Below are positions 48,031 to 57,600 of a DNA stretch of 64,000 nt, piece by piece. The notes under the pieces are model-generated. The model was not told the origin of the DNA, made no database searches, and saw only the letters and a list, made by a program, of their open reading frames with translations. The position numbers were made by a program, and so were the translations under genes. Every line of letters begins with the position of its first letter. Position 1 is the stretch's first letter. This DNA comes from Fimbriimonadia bacterium (GTDB taxonomy: Bacteria; Armatimonadota; Fimbriimonadia; Fimbriimonadales; JABRVX01): contig JBGPGO010000001.1 of NCBI GenBank assembly GCA_041483895.1, positions 384,001 through 448,000 of the forward strand. Direction: 5' to 3'.

Positions 48031-49073
48031 TTAAAACTTTCCTCTGCTTGCTGCTGCTTTGCACGATTGCGACGATGCATGGTTCGTACAAGGTCCGACT
48101 TTATTACCGCAACGCGACGAAGAATACGCAAAATGCGGGACCCGTGGAAGCTGCACCTGGAGATGTTATCGAAGTTTGGTATTCGTTCCACAAGCTGAAC
48201 ACATCGAACCCATTCAAATGGGGAACGCTGCAGGTGACCATCTGTTTCGACGGCCTCTCGACGCTGAGCGATGGCCACATGGCGAATTTTCCCAACGCCA
48301 TTGCTCTGGCGAAGACGGTTGGTGGTCCGCCGACCGAATTTTTGTCCACCGTCACCGGCATTGGAGCACTCTACGATAATGCGATCGACCCGTCGGATTC
48401 CAATTCTCCGAAAGTTTGCAACAGGGGAGTATATGTCCTACTTGGCATCCACGGGCAAAAACCACGAGCACAAGACTGGGATGTCATGCTTTGGAGCTTC
48501 ACTGTCCAAAGTGTGACGCACGATGAGATATTGGACTGGAAATTTGACAATCGCGCTACGTCGAACGGCCTGTCCACTTGCATTTTGGACCAATGCTGTC
48601 GTGGACCGGATATGACCGACAACTATGTTCACGTGAGCCCAAATAGGAGCTTGACCGGGCATATAACATTCACTCGGCTCGCTGCAGGGGCGTTGGGACC
48701 AGATCATGCCGAAATCCGGGCGACGCCGGAGGTAGGGGATGTGATCACGCAGACCGTGTCGGTGGACGCGCGCGGCAACTTCCAGATCACGCTGCCTCCG
48801 GATCGCTACATGATCTCCGTCAGATCCGATTCCTGGCTCCGGCAGACGGGGTATGCCGACCTGACGAACGGCGATCTGTCCGGCTTCGAGATCGAGCTGC
48901 CCAACGGCGACGCGCTGCCGGACAACATGGTCGACCTGCGCGACCTGAATCTGATTTTCGTGTACTTCGGAGAGCCGGGACAACTGTTCTCCGACCTCAA
49001 CCGCGATGGCATAACAGGCCTGATCGACTTCAACATCGTGGTAACGAATTTTGGGATGAAGGGGGATCCGTAG
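48027..49073 (+). CDS. Secreted protein, paralogue B' (probable ATA start at 48027; nearest canonical start is TTG at 48048)
   Basis: Clearly similar to B; the frame extends upstream to ATA-ATT-AAA-ACT-TTC, giving (M)IKTFLCLLLLC. Confidence 0.75.
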   Translation: MIKTFLCLLLLCTIATMHGSYKVRLYYRNATKNTQNAGPVEAAPGDVIEVWYSFHKLNTSNPFKWGTLQVTICFDGLSTLSDGHMANFPNAIALAKTVGGPPTEFLSTVTGIGALYDNAIDPSDSNSPKVCNRGVYVLLGIHGQKPRAQDWDVMLWSFTVQSVTHDEILDWKFDNRATSNGLSTCILDQCCRGPDMTDNYVHVSPNRSLTGHITFTRLAAGALGPDHAEIRATPEVGDVITQTVSVDARGNFQITLPPDRYMISVRSDSWLRQTGYADLTNGDLSGFEIELPNGDALPDNMVDLRDLNLIFVYFGEPGQLFSDLNRDGITGLIDFNIVVTNFGMKGDP

Positions 49074-49155
49074 CCGTGGGTCGAGTTGGCGATATCATCT
49101 GACTTATAGACCACTAAGACCCACGTAGCTGACCTCTCAGGACAGCCGCTCACCC

Positions 49156-49436
49156 TATGTTCGGGTTGCGATCGAGGGGTCACCCTGAGCTTGGCGAAGG
49201 GGTCTCTTTCTTCCGGGGTTCAGAAAGGGATTCTTCAACTCCGTTCAGAATGACGACGTCTTCGTTCCCCCTCGGGGATGTGTCGGGGTTCACGCCTGTC
49301 GATATCCGTGGCCGACCGACCACCAAAGACCCCGACACGAAGAACGATGAAAAACCCCCACCCAACTCCTTCGGCAAGCTCAGGACAGGCTCTCCCCCTT
49401 TCCCAGGCTGCCGCCTGAAAAAAGGGGAGGGCTTTT
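49156..49436. repeat. Composite repeat cluster, right copy, with nested extra palindromes
   Basis: Families A and B as at 44653; family B is interrupted by CCTTCGGCAAGCTCAGGACAGG, whose near complement GTCACCCTGAGCTTGGCGAAGG is at about 49179; GATTCTTC...CAGAATGAC is also present. Confidence 0.8.
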
Positions 49437-49479
49437 GCTGTTGACGAATTTGGGTAGGAGATTTTTCACACGAGGTTAA

Positions 49480-50931
49480 ATGATGCGGATTGGGATTGTT
49501 ACGTTTACGGACGGCCGAAAACGAGTAGCGGAGGCGTTGCGCGCCGATACCGACCGGTTCCAGAAGAAGATCGCCGGGTTCTTTCAAAAGGAGGGACATG
49601 AGGTGGTCGAGGGCGAGGAGGTGGTCTGGGACTGGCAGACCGCCCGCACGCAGGCCCGCCGAATGAACGACCATAATTGCGACATCGTCATCTTCAACTA
49701 CTGCGTCTGGGCCTATCCCGACTTTTCCGCCCAGGTGGCCCGCGATGTGGACGCGCCGATCCTGTTCGTCGGCAACATCAACCCCGCCTATCCCGGCTGG
49801 GTCGGGTTCTTCGCCTCCGCCGGCGCGCTGGACGAGATGGGCGTCCCCTTTGGCCGCGCGCTCGGCGACGTGGACGATCCCAAAGTCGCCGGCGCCATCC
49901 GCACGTTCCTGGAAAGACATAAGCCCAACCGAAGAGAGGTCGGCGTGGAGGCCGCCGAAAAGCTGCACGGCCTGCGATACGGCGAATTCGACGGCCCGAG
50001 CATGGGGATGTACACCGGCCATATCGATCCCAGCCAATGGATGGAACTGTTCGGCGTGCACGTCTTTCATCGCAGCCAGCTAACCATGGCTTGGCTGGCC
50101 GACGAGGTCGCCGAGGACCGGGTGCAAAGCGGTTTGAAATGGCTAGAGGAGCACGCGAAAGAGATTGTATGGAACGACGATCGGCTCAGCAAAGGGGATC
50201 TCGGCAAACAGATTCGCGTCTATCTCGGCCTCAAGGACTACTGCAAGACAGAGGGGCTGGACTTCCTCGGCCTCACCGGACAGCTCGACTACACCGAATG
50301 GAAAAACGGCTGCACCATGGACCTGCCTGAAGCGCTGCTCAACGACACCGCCGACTGGGAGGAGGAGGACAAAAAGCCGATCATCACCGCCACCGAGTGC
50401 GACAGCAACGGCGCCCTCACGATGCGGCTTCTGCACCACCTCTCCGGCACGCCCGTGCTGTTCGCCGACCTGCGCCATTATCATCAGGACCTGGACATCT
50501 ACGATCTGGTCAATTCCGGCCAGCACGCGCCCTGGTTCGCCAGCTACAGCAACGATTTCCGCAAGAACTGGGGCCAAACGAGGCTGTTCCCAAGCAACCC
50601 GATGTACTTCCCGTGCGGCGGGGCGTCGGTGCAGTTCTACTCGCCGCAGGCCGACAAGGTGACCTTCGCCCGCCTCACTCGGACGTCGGGCAACTATCGT
50701 ATGCACTTTTTCACCGGGAGCTTCGTCGGCTACGATTGGGAGACAAACGAGCGGCTGGGGAAGATGACGACCTACGAATGGCCGCACGCGTGGGCGCGGT
50801 TCGACTGTCCGCCGGAAGCGCTGGCGAAGCAGTTCTCTTGTAACCACATTCACGCGATTTTGGGCGATTGGATGGGGGAGATCCAGGCCGCATGCGAAGT
50901 TTTGGGGGTCGAAACGATCCCAATGTCCTAG
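49480..50931 (+). CDS. L-fucose/L-arabinose isomerase family protein
   Basis: SMGMY, EALLN, ATECDSNGA, FADLR, NSG, VTFARL, WPHA and NHIH motifs. Confidence 0.85.
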   Translation: MMRIGIVTFTDGRKRVAEALRADTDRFQKKIAGFFQKEGHEVVEGEEVVWDWQTARTQARRMNDHNCDIVIFNYCVWAYPDFSAQVARDVDAPILFVGNINPAYPGWVGFFASAGALDEMGVPFGRALGDVDDPKVAGAIRTFLERHKPNRREVGVEAAEKLHGLRYGEFDGPSMGMYTGHIDPSQWMELFGVHVFHRSQLTMAWLADEVAEDRVQSGLKWLEEHAKEIVWNDDRLSKGDLGKQIRVYLGLKDYCKTEGLDFLGLTGQLDYTEWKNGCTMDLPEALLNDTADWEEEDKKPIITATECDSNGALTMRLLHHLSGTPVLFADLRHYHQDLDIYDLVNSGQHAPWFASYSNDFRKNWGQTRLFPSNPMYFPCGGASVQFYSPQADKVTFARLTRTSGNYRMHFFTGSFVGYDWETNERLGKMTTYEWPHAWARFDCPPEALAKQFSCNHIHAILGDWMGEIQAACEVLGVETIPMS

Positions 50932-51087
50932 CAAGAATCTAGGCAATCCGGGTGTTTGGAAGGAGATTTCGCGGTAAAAACCGTATTAATTGTGTAGAAG
51001 TGGCAAAGAAAATCAGCCACAGGGGTTCCATTTTCGGAAAATCACGATAAAATAAGAAGACGGGTTTTTGATTGTCCCACTGTATTT

Positions 51088-51789
51088 ATGATCTCAGATA
51101 AGCACGCAGAAGGTACGGGAGCTCGCTCAAAGGGTTTCACCCTTATCGAGCTTCTCACCATTATAGGGGTTTTGGCGCTTTTGGCAGGAATTCTCATGCC
51201 TGTCATCGCTGGCGCGCGCCGATCTGGGCAGCGAACGGCGTGCTTATCCAATCTCCACCAGGCGGGCCAGGCGCTTGGCCTCTACGCGGATGACAACGTC
51301 GACTTCATGCCCACCTATATCGCGGATTCAGATGCGATGAACTACGCTTACGCCGAGCAGTTGGCGCACGATCAGTTCTGCCAATGCCAACTGAACAAGA
51401 AGAAAACCCCATGCTGGCTCAACCTAATCAAGCCGTATCTCAAGATTTCCAAGCTGTACTGCCCGGCCGACAATACGCCGACGGACCTGCGGGGGATCAG
51501 CTCCTACGAGTTCAAATTGCAGTTTGCCTATGAGCCGAATCGGGACCAAGTCGAGACCCCTTCCAAGGTGGCGACGGTGTGGGAAGAGTGGGCGTTTCAT
51601 CAGGCGGAGCGGTTTGGCGAATATGACAGCCGGGCGATGCTGAATATTCTGTTTATGGACGGCAGCGTTGCTTCGAAGCCGCTTGCCCGCGCGACGAGCA
51701 CAATCTTCGGCGACGGCCCGGACCTGCACTTCATCTTCTCCGGCGACGGTGAGAACCTGGATTATGCCGGCGAAGACTTCGTAGATTAG
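51088..51789 (+). CDS. Prepilin-type N-terminal cleavage/methylation protein (DUF1559-like)
   Basis: GFTLIELL, CLSNLHQ, YCPAD and NILFMDGSV motifs. Confidence 0.85.
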   Translation: MISDKHAEGTGARSKGFTLIELLTIIGVLALLAGILMPVIAGARRSGQRTACLSNLHQAGQALGLYADDNVDFMPTYIADSDAMNYAYAEQLAHDQFCQCQLNKKKTPCWLNLIKPYLKISKLYCPADNTPTDLRGISSYEFKLQFAYEPNRDQVETPSKVATVWEEWAFHQAERFGEYDSRAMLNILFMDGSVASKPLARATSTIFGDGPDLHFIFSGDGENLDYAGEDFVD

Positions 51790-51815
51790 ATCCCCAATTG
51801 CGGTAAGATCGCACC

Positions 51816-52187
51816 ATGCCAGCTAACAGAAACGATCGGGCAATCGGGTGTCTCCTCATATTTGTGGGCGTTATCGTGCTCCTTGCCGCCGCTGCGGTTC
51901 CAAAGGACGCGAGTGCGCAACCGTTTATGTTTCCCTTGCTTCTCGCCATAGGAGTTGTCAACATCCTCCTAGGAATTGGGGTGATTCGATCCGTACCCTG
52001 GGCGTTGCTGACCGTGGCAATCCTTTATGCAATCGAGGTGCTCACATTTCCGTTGCGAGTGGATTGGTCCAATCCGGGTCCTTACCTTGCGGGAGGGTTG
52101 GTGGGTGTCGTCATGGGGCTGGTATTCGGCATCTATTGCTTCATGAGGTTTCTGGAGCTTGTGAGGCAGGGGCGGCCACCAAGCTAA
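51816..52187 (+). CDS. Hypothetical 4-TM membrane protein
   Basis: Four hydrophobic segments; TAAGAT lies 6 nt before the ATG. Confidence 0.6.
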   Translation: MPANRNDRAIGCLLIFVGVIVLLAAAAVPKDASAQPFMFPLLLAIGVVNILLGIGVIRSVPWALLTVAILYAIEVLTFPLRVDWSNPGPYLAGGLVGVVMGLVFGIYCFMRFLELVRQGRPPS

Positions 52188-52248
52188 AAGGATTCCAACC
52201 GGCCATCCTCGAATTCGGTTTGTAATCCCACGAATTCGAGGTGCCGAC

Positions 52249-53376
52249 ATGCACGTAACCCCTGACAAATTGGCGAAGCTGGAATCTGAATACAAAGGCT
52301 ACTTGGAAGGCGAAATCGTCAACCAGTTCCTAAAAGAGTTTGGCGTCAACTTTTCCGCCGGCCACTGGTGCGCCGGCGAGTTCTACGACCGATTTTGCCC
52401 GGTCGGCTACAACAGCCACAAGGAATTCGACAACTCGGAAGAAGCGCAAATCGAGCGCGTCAAGAAGGCCGGCATTCGAGGCATCGAGTTCCACGAACGC
52501 TGCTTCATCGACAAGCACTATCAGCGCGACCAGAAGCGGCTGGACGCGGTGTCGGCGGCGCTGCGCCATCACGACATGATCTGCACCAACATGAACTTCA
52601 ACACCTGGACCGATCCCAAGTGGCAGTTCGGCGGCGTGACCCATCCGGATCCGGGAGTGCGGCGCCAGTGCATCGAGCTATGCCTGCAAGGCGTCGAGTT
52701 CGGCCTGGAATTAGGCTGCATCTCCTGCAACCTTTGGCCAGGTTCAGACGGCTGGGACTATCACTTTGAGGTGGATTACGGGGATCGGTTGTCATGGTAT
52801 ATAGATGGCTGCACAGCCATCGCGGAGGCCTGCGACCGGCACGGGCTGACGTTCGGCACCGAGTCCAAGCAGAAGGAGCCGCGCGAGGGCAACATGATCA
52901 TCAACACCGTTGCCAAAGCCGCGCTGGTGGCCGAGCAGGTGAACAAGAACCTGGGCAAGACCGTGATGGGAGTGGTGATCGATTACGGGCACGAGCAGAT
53001 GGTGGGCAACACGCCGGCGGACAGCCTGTATATGCTCAAGCGGATCGGGATTCCGATCGCCAACTTCCATATCAATGGCGCAAAGTACAACTCGAACGAT
53101 GAGGACCGGATTGCCGGGACGGACGACATCTGGCGGCTGGTCGAGTTCTGCTATGCGGCGATCGATACGGGATATGAGGGGTGGTTCGGGGAGGATCAGT
53201 TCACCTATCGCACGGAGCAGGTGACGGCGATGACACTGTCCAAGGAGTTCTTCGCGAACTGCATGAAGAAGGCGCTGCTCATCTACGCCCGACGGCCGGA
53301 CCTCCTGAAAGCCCAGGCGACGGGGGATGCGGCGCAGACGATTAATGTGGTGAAGAAGGTGATTTACGGGGGATAG
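52249..53376 (+). CDS. Xylose-isomerase-like TIM-barrel sugar isomerase
   Basis: EFH, LWPGSDG, ESKQKEP, DYGHE, DED and GEDQF metal-site-like motifs. Confidence 0.82.
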   Translation: MHVTPDKLAKLESEYKGYLEGEIVNQFLKEFGVNFSAGHWCAGEFYDRFCPVGYNSHKEFDNSEEAQIERVKKAGIRGIEFHERCFIDKHYQRDQKRLDAVSAALRHHDMICTNMNFNTWTDPKWQFGGVTHPDPGVRRQCIELCLQGVEFGLELGCISCNLWPGSDGWDYHFEVDYGDRLSWYIDGCTAIAEACDRHGLTFGTESKQKEPREGNMIINTVAKAALVAEQVNKNLGKTVMGVVIDYGHEQMVGNTPADSLYMLKRIGIPIANFHINGAKYNSNDEDRIAGTDDIWRLVEFCYAAIDTGYEGWFGEDQFTYRTEQVTAMTLSKEFFANCMKKALLIYARRPDLLKAQATGDAAQTINVVKKVIYGG

Positions 53377-53378
53377 GA

Positions 53379-54056
53379 TTATTCGAGCTCTCGGAGGGAT
53401 TTGACGACATCTGTCAGTAATGCAGTCTGGGTCAGCGCCCGAATCTCGTCCGAAAAGGTCATTAAGGGGCGGTCAAAGTCTTGCTGATCCAGAATCGCGA
53501 TCAGTAGTTCGGGACCTCCAATCCTGCCAAGGAGGATTCCAACTGCCCTCCAATAATTGCGCAAAATAATGCGCTTTAGCCATGTCCATCTGGTAGGAGC
53601 CTGCCGCGGGCATCGAAGATGCTGCTTGTTCAAAATCCTCAGGATATGGCTAATGTTGGCTTTCACAATGCCAAGTTCGCCTTTGTCCCGCAAGAATTGA
53701 TCCGCCATACCCTCTCGGACAACCTCTAGTATCCACTTCGGTCGTTTAGCCATTCCCACGACGTAAATAGCGGAGGTAACGCCAGCCACCGCAGCCTCGT
53801 GAAAGCGGTACTTACTCGTCTCATTGGACATTGGCAGTATGAAGGTGTGTGAGTTTCCAATGTGCAATTCCGAACGCCGGAAGCCGAAAAGCAGTTCAAA
53901 ATCATGTGTGTTCGAGGCATGCGACATTAGCGCATCTTTAGCCGGGGCAAGATGCGACTCGAGTAGCTGCAGCGTCTGGTCGCGGCAGCATTCAAACCAC
54001 TCCGCGGTTTGAGGATCTACGCCCTTAGTCCGAAAAATGTCGGTCAAGCCACCCAT
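53379..54056 (-). CDS. Hypothetical protein
   Basis: 225-aa ORF with lower GC; no recognised motif. Confidence 0.5.
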   Translation of the reverse strand: MGGLTDIFRTKGVDPQTAEWFECCRDQTLQLLESHLAPAKDALMSHASNTHDFELLFGFRRSELHIGNSHTFILPMSNETSKYRFHEAAVAGVTSAIYVVGMAKRPKWILEVVREGMADQFLRDKGELGIVKANISHILRILNKQHLRCPRQAPTRWTWLKRIILRNYWRAVGILLGRIGGPELLIAILDQQDFDRPLMTFSDEIRALTQTALLTDVVKSLRELE

Positions 54057-54330
54057 GACGCTAGAATTCTACTCGGTGAATTGCGGTGTGACCTCAAAAT
54101 CGTCCCCCTTTCTCTCCAAGAAATGAGATGAGCCAAGAGAATCATCCGGTACCATGATCTGGAGAGCGGAGCTTGACAGATGGGTTCAGGAAAAGTGCAA
54201 GGGCGATTGTGGTGACAGAAGACGCGGGATTTGGGTCCGAACGGGCAATGCGTGCAATGGTGGCGTAGTTCCGCCAACCGGACGGGAGGTACCACATTAG
54301 CAACACGTTCCGATACCTCACCGCCCGCAG

Positions 54331-55605
54331 CTAGTCGTAGTCTTCCTCGTAGCGTGAAGAAGATTCCGGGAACACCTCGACCTCGGCCGGATGGGTCGCC
54401 ATTTGCTGCCGCAGGTTGTCCGCCTGCGCCGGCATCACATCATCCATGCTGCCTGACGCCGAAGCGTTCACCCATTGCATCATCGACGACAGAAACAGCT
54501 CCTTGATATACGCGAACGAAAAGCCGTCGGTCCGCTCGGTCACCGTCGAAATACCGCCGTCCGATAGCCGCAGTTTTTCCGACAGCTTGTCATTCCAGAG
54601 AAAGACATACGCCTGTCGCTCGGTCGGCCCCGGTAGCTCGAAGTGGTACTTCCGATCGAATCGACTCGGCCGGTCCACAATCGCCGCATCCAGCTTCTCC
54701 GGATGGTTCGTGGTCGCGAGCGTGAAGATGCCGGCATTCGCCGCGAATCCGTCCAGCTCGTTCAAAAAGAACGACCGATTTCGCTCCGTTACCAACGAGT
54801 CGATATCTTCGAGGATGAACAGGCAAGGCGCGGTTTCGCGCGCTTTTTCAAATGCCATCCTCATGCAGCTCTGGTCGCTGCCGTAGTGCGCCGTAAAGCT
54901 CCGCACATACAGCGCAGGCAGCCGGGAATCATTGATGATCGATTTCACCGCATGGGTCTTGCCGTTTCCTGGCGGGCCGATGAAGATGATTCCACGCTTC
55001 CACGGCACGCTGTATTCCTCATACACGCTCTTGGAGCCAAGGAAATTGCGCACCTCCTGACGGATTTCCGTTGTCAATTCGGAAGGCAGAATCAGGTTAT
55101 CGAATCGCGCCGACTGGATGGATTCGTACAGCTCTTCGTTGAACGACCAATTCCCTTCCGAAAAGACCAGCACCTCGTTGCGGATTTGCGCGCACCATTC
55201 GCAGGCAGCGACGAAGAACCGCTGGACTGTCTCCGTCGATTCGCCGATGATCCAGGTCCGCGATTGGTTGCCGCAATCACCCGGCCATTCGAGTACGACC
55301 ACTTCGAACCTATATTCGTCCCATTTGACGTCATACCAGCACGAAGAAGGGGACGCCCATAGACCGTAGTTCTGGCGCCAGCCATGATGGATGATGCTAT
55401 GCACATCCTCCCGCAAGTGACCCGTGCAGAACTCGCCGTAAAGCAGCCGATAAAGTTGGAACCCGCTCTGACCGGTCGCCAATATGTGACTCGTCGGGAA
55501 CGCCTCGTGCAATGCCTTGCTCATCGAATACTCGATGGTGGATTCCGGCTGCGCGAGCGCGGACGAGAACATCTCCCCGACGGATGATATCTCCTCAGTT
55601 TTCAT
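54331..55605 (-). CDS. AAA+ ATPase (single AAA domain, BCS1-like)
   Basis: Walker A GPPGNGKT, Walker B FILEDID, FLNELDG and SRH TTNHPEKLD..RPSRFD. Confidence 0.9.
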   Translation of the reverse strand: MKTEEISSVGEMFSSALAQPESTIEYSMSKALHEAFPTSHILATGQSGFQLYRLLYGEFCTGHLREDVHSIIHHGWRQNYGLWASPSSCWYDVKWDEYRFEVVVLEWPGDCGNQSRTWIIGESTETVQRFFVAACEWCAQIRNEVLVFSEGNWSFNEELYESIQSARFDNLILPSELTTEIRQEVRNFLGSKSVYEEYSVPWKRGIIFIGPPGNGKTHAVKSIINDSRLPALYVRSFTAHYGSDQSCMRMAFEKARETAPCLFILEDIDSLVTERNRSFFLNELDGFAANAGIFTLATTNHPEKLDAAIVDRPSRFDRKYHFELPGPTERQAYVFLWNDKLSEKLRLSDGGISTVTERTDGFSFAYIKELFLSSMMQWVNASASGSMDDVMPAQADNLRQQMATHPAEVEVFPESSSRYEEDYD

Positions 55606-55740
55606 AAGCGTGTACTGTACCTCTTTTGAATGTAACTTCTACGCCGAGGTCCTGGGCACCTGCTCCGCAATGGCGACGTCGTGCTCCGCTTAGAACTCCG
55701 TGTTATACTGAGATAGGCATCTCTTGCCGGAAGGAATACT

Positions 55741-57600
55741 ATGAAACGCGCACTCATCATCCTCGCCGCCTTCGCGGCCATCGTTGCCTCCACCGCCGCG
55801 CAAACGGCATTCACTTATCAAGGGCAGCTCATGCAAAGCGGCCTACCTGTGAGTGGGAATGTCAACCTCGTCTTTACTCTCTATGATGACCCGACGCTGA
55901 CAGTCAACCATCAGATCGGCAATCCGATAACCCTGAACAATCAACCACTCACGAACGGGTTGTTCACCGTGCCGCTCGACTTTGGCGCCAATGCGTTCCC
56001 CAGCGCGCGCAGGTGGGTGCAGGAGAGCGTCAACGGCACAACGCTCTCTCCGCGTCAAGAAGTCACTCCCACTCCCTATGCACTCAACCTTCGGCTTCCA
56101 TTTGCGGGCAACGCGAGCGTCAACGGCAACACCTTTGCCGTTACCAACAGCTTTGGCACCGGCACCGCGCTCTATGGGCATAACCTGGATAATGGAACCG
56201 GCGTCTTTGGCGAGAGTCCCAACGGCATCGGCGTTTATGGCCAGAGCGACACCGGCTACGCCGTCTACGCCCAAAGCACGGACGGCTTCGGCGTTTGGGC
56301 CGAAGCTGATGGAACCGGCTCCGGTGTATACGCAATCAGCGACAGTGGCGTCGGCGTCAACGCCGGTAGCAACAGCGGCATCGGCGTTTATGGCCAGAGC
56401 GACACCGGCAACGGCGTCGGTGGCCAAAGCACGGGCGGCACAGCCGTTTGGGCCCAAGCGCTGGGATCCGGCTACGGTGTATATGCACGCAGCGACCTTG
56501 GCAGCGGCATCTATGGCGTCTCTTTCGCGAGCAACGGCACCGGTGTCGTCGGCGAGGCCAATAACGGCGGAAACGCCTACGGCGTGTTCGGAACGAGTGC
56601 CAATGGCTACGGTGTACATGCAAGCAGCGACACTGGCACCGGCGTCTACGCCGGTAGCAACAGCGGCATTGGCGTCTACGCTCAGAGCACGACCGGCAAC
56701 GGCGTCTTCGCCGTCAGCACGTCTGGCCCAGCCGTTCAGGCCCAAACTTCGGGATCCGGCTACGGTGTATATGCAATCAGCGAAGGTGGCACCGGCATCT
56801 ATGGCGTCTCCTTCGCCAAAGACCGCACCGGTGTCTTCGGCGAGGCCCTTAACGGCAGCACCGCCAACGGCGTGTTCGGAAAGAGTGCCAATGGCAATGG
56901 TGTCTACGGCCAGACCACGAGCGGCACCGGCGTCTACGGCCATACCACGAGCGGCGTCGGCGTCTACGGCTCTGCGGACGGCGGAGTCGGAGTCTACAAC
57001 GTCGGCGTATATGGCTTTTCGAACGTTGGAGGCGACGGCATTTATGGTTTCAACTCTACAGGCGGCTATGCAGGCTATTTCGACGGGAAGCTCTATGCCA
57101 CAAGCGCCAGCTCCAGCATCAAGGCCTTCCGCATTGATCACCCCGTGGATCCTGAAAACAAATACCTGCAGCATTCCAGTGTCGAGAGTCCTGATATGAT
57201 GAACATATACAACGGCAATGCCATATTGGGGGCCAATGGTGAGACGTGGGTGGAACTTCCGACATACTTTGAAGCGCTGAATCGTGACTTTCGCTACCAG
57301 CTCACATGCATCGGGCAACCGGCGCTCGTATATATCAAGCAAGAGATTTCCGGTAATCGATTCCTGATTGCTGGTGGCAAAAAGGGCATGAAGGTGTCCT
57401 GGCAGGTGACTGGAATCCGCCAAGACCCCGCCGCCAACCTCTATCGCATCGAGGTGGAACCGGACAAAGCCGACAAAGATCGCGGCAAGTTTTTGGTTCC
57501 GGAAGCCTACGGCCAACCGAAAGAGAGCGGGATCAACCCTCCACCGAATCAGGAATCTACCAGTGACAAAAAGATTGAGAATCCCGAGGTGAAGAAATGA
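55741..57600 (+). CDS. Secreted GVYG-repeat (beta-helix/fibre-like) protein with conserved C-terminal IDHP domain
   Basis: Signal peptide, AFTYQGQL, many G(V/I)(Y/F)(G/A).S repeats and a 288-bp internal duplication; FRIDHPVDPENKYLQHSSVES. Confidence 0.8.
   Translation: MKRALIILAAFAAIVASTAAQTAFTYQGQLMQSGLPVSGNVNLVFTLYDDPTLTVNHQIGNPITLNNQPLTNGLFTVPLDFGANAFPSARRWVQESVNGTTLSPRQEVTPTPYALNLRLPFAGNASVNGNTFAVTNSFGTGTALYGHNLDNGTGVFGESPNGIGVYGQSDTGYAVYAQSTDGFGVWAEADGTGSGVYAISDSGVGVNAGSNSGIGVYGQSDTGNGVGGQSTGGTAVWAQALGSGYGVYARSDLGSGIYGVSFASNGTGVVGEANNGGNAYGVFGTSANGYGVHASSDTGTGVYAGSNSGIGVYAQSTTGNGVFAVSTSGPAVQAQTSGSGYGVYAISEGGTGIYGVSFAKDRTGVFGEALNGSTANGVFGKSANGNGVYGQTTSGTGVYGHTTSGVGVYGSADGGVGVYNVGVYGFSNVGGDGIYGFNSTGGYAGYFDGKLYATSASSSIKAFRIDHPVDPENKYLQHSSVESPDMMNIYNGNAILGANGETWVELPTYFEALNRDFRYQLTCIGQPALVYIKQEISGNRFLIAGGKKGMKVSWQVTGIRQDPAANLYRIEVEPDKADKDRGKFLVPEAYGQPKESGINPPPNQESTSDKKIENPEVKK

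Noticed and set aside
55843..57516. 557-aa antisense ORF
   Set aside because: Shadow of the repetitive GVYG gene.
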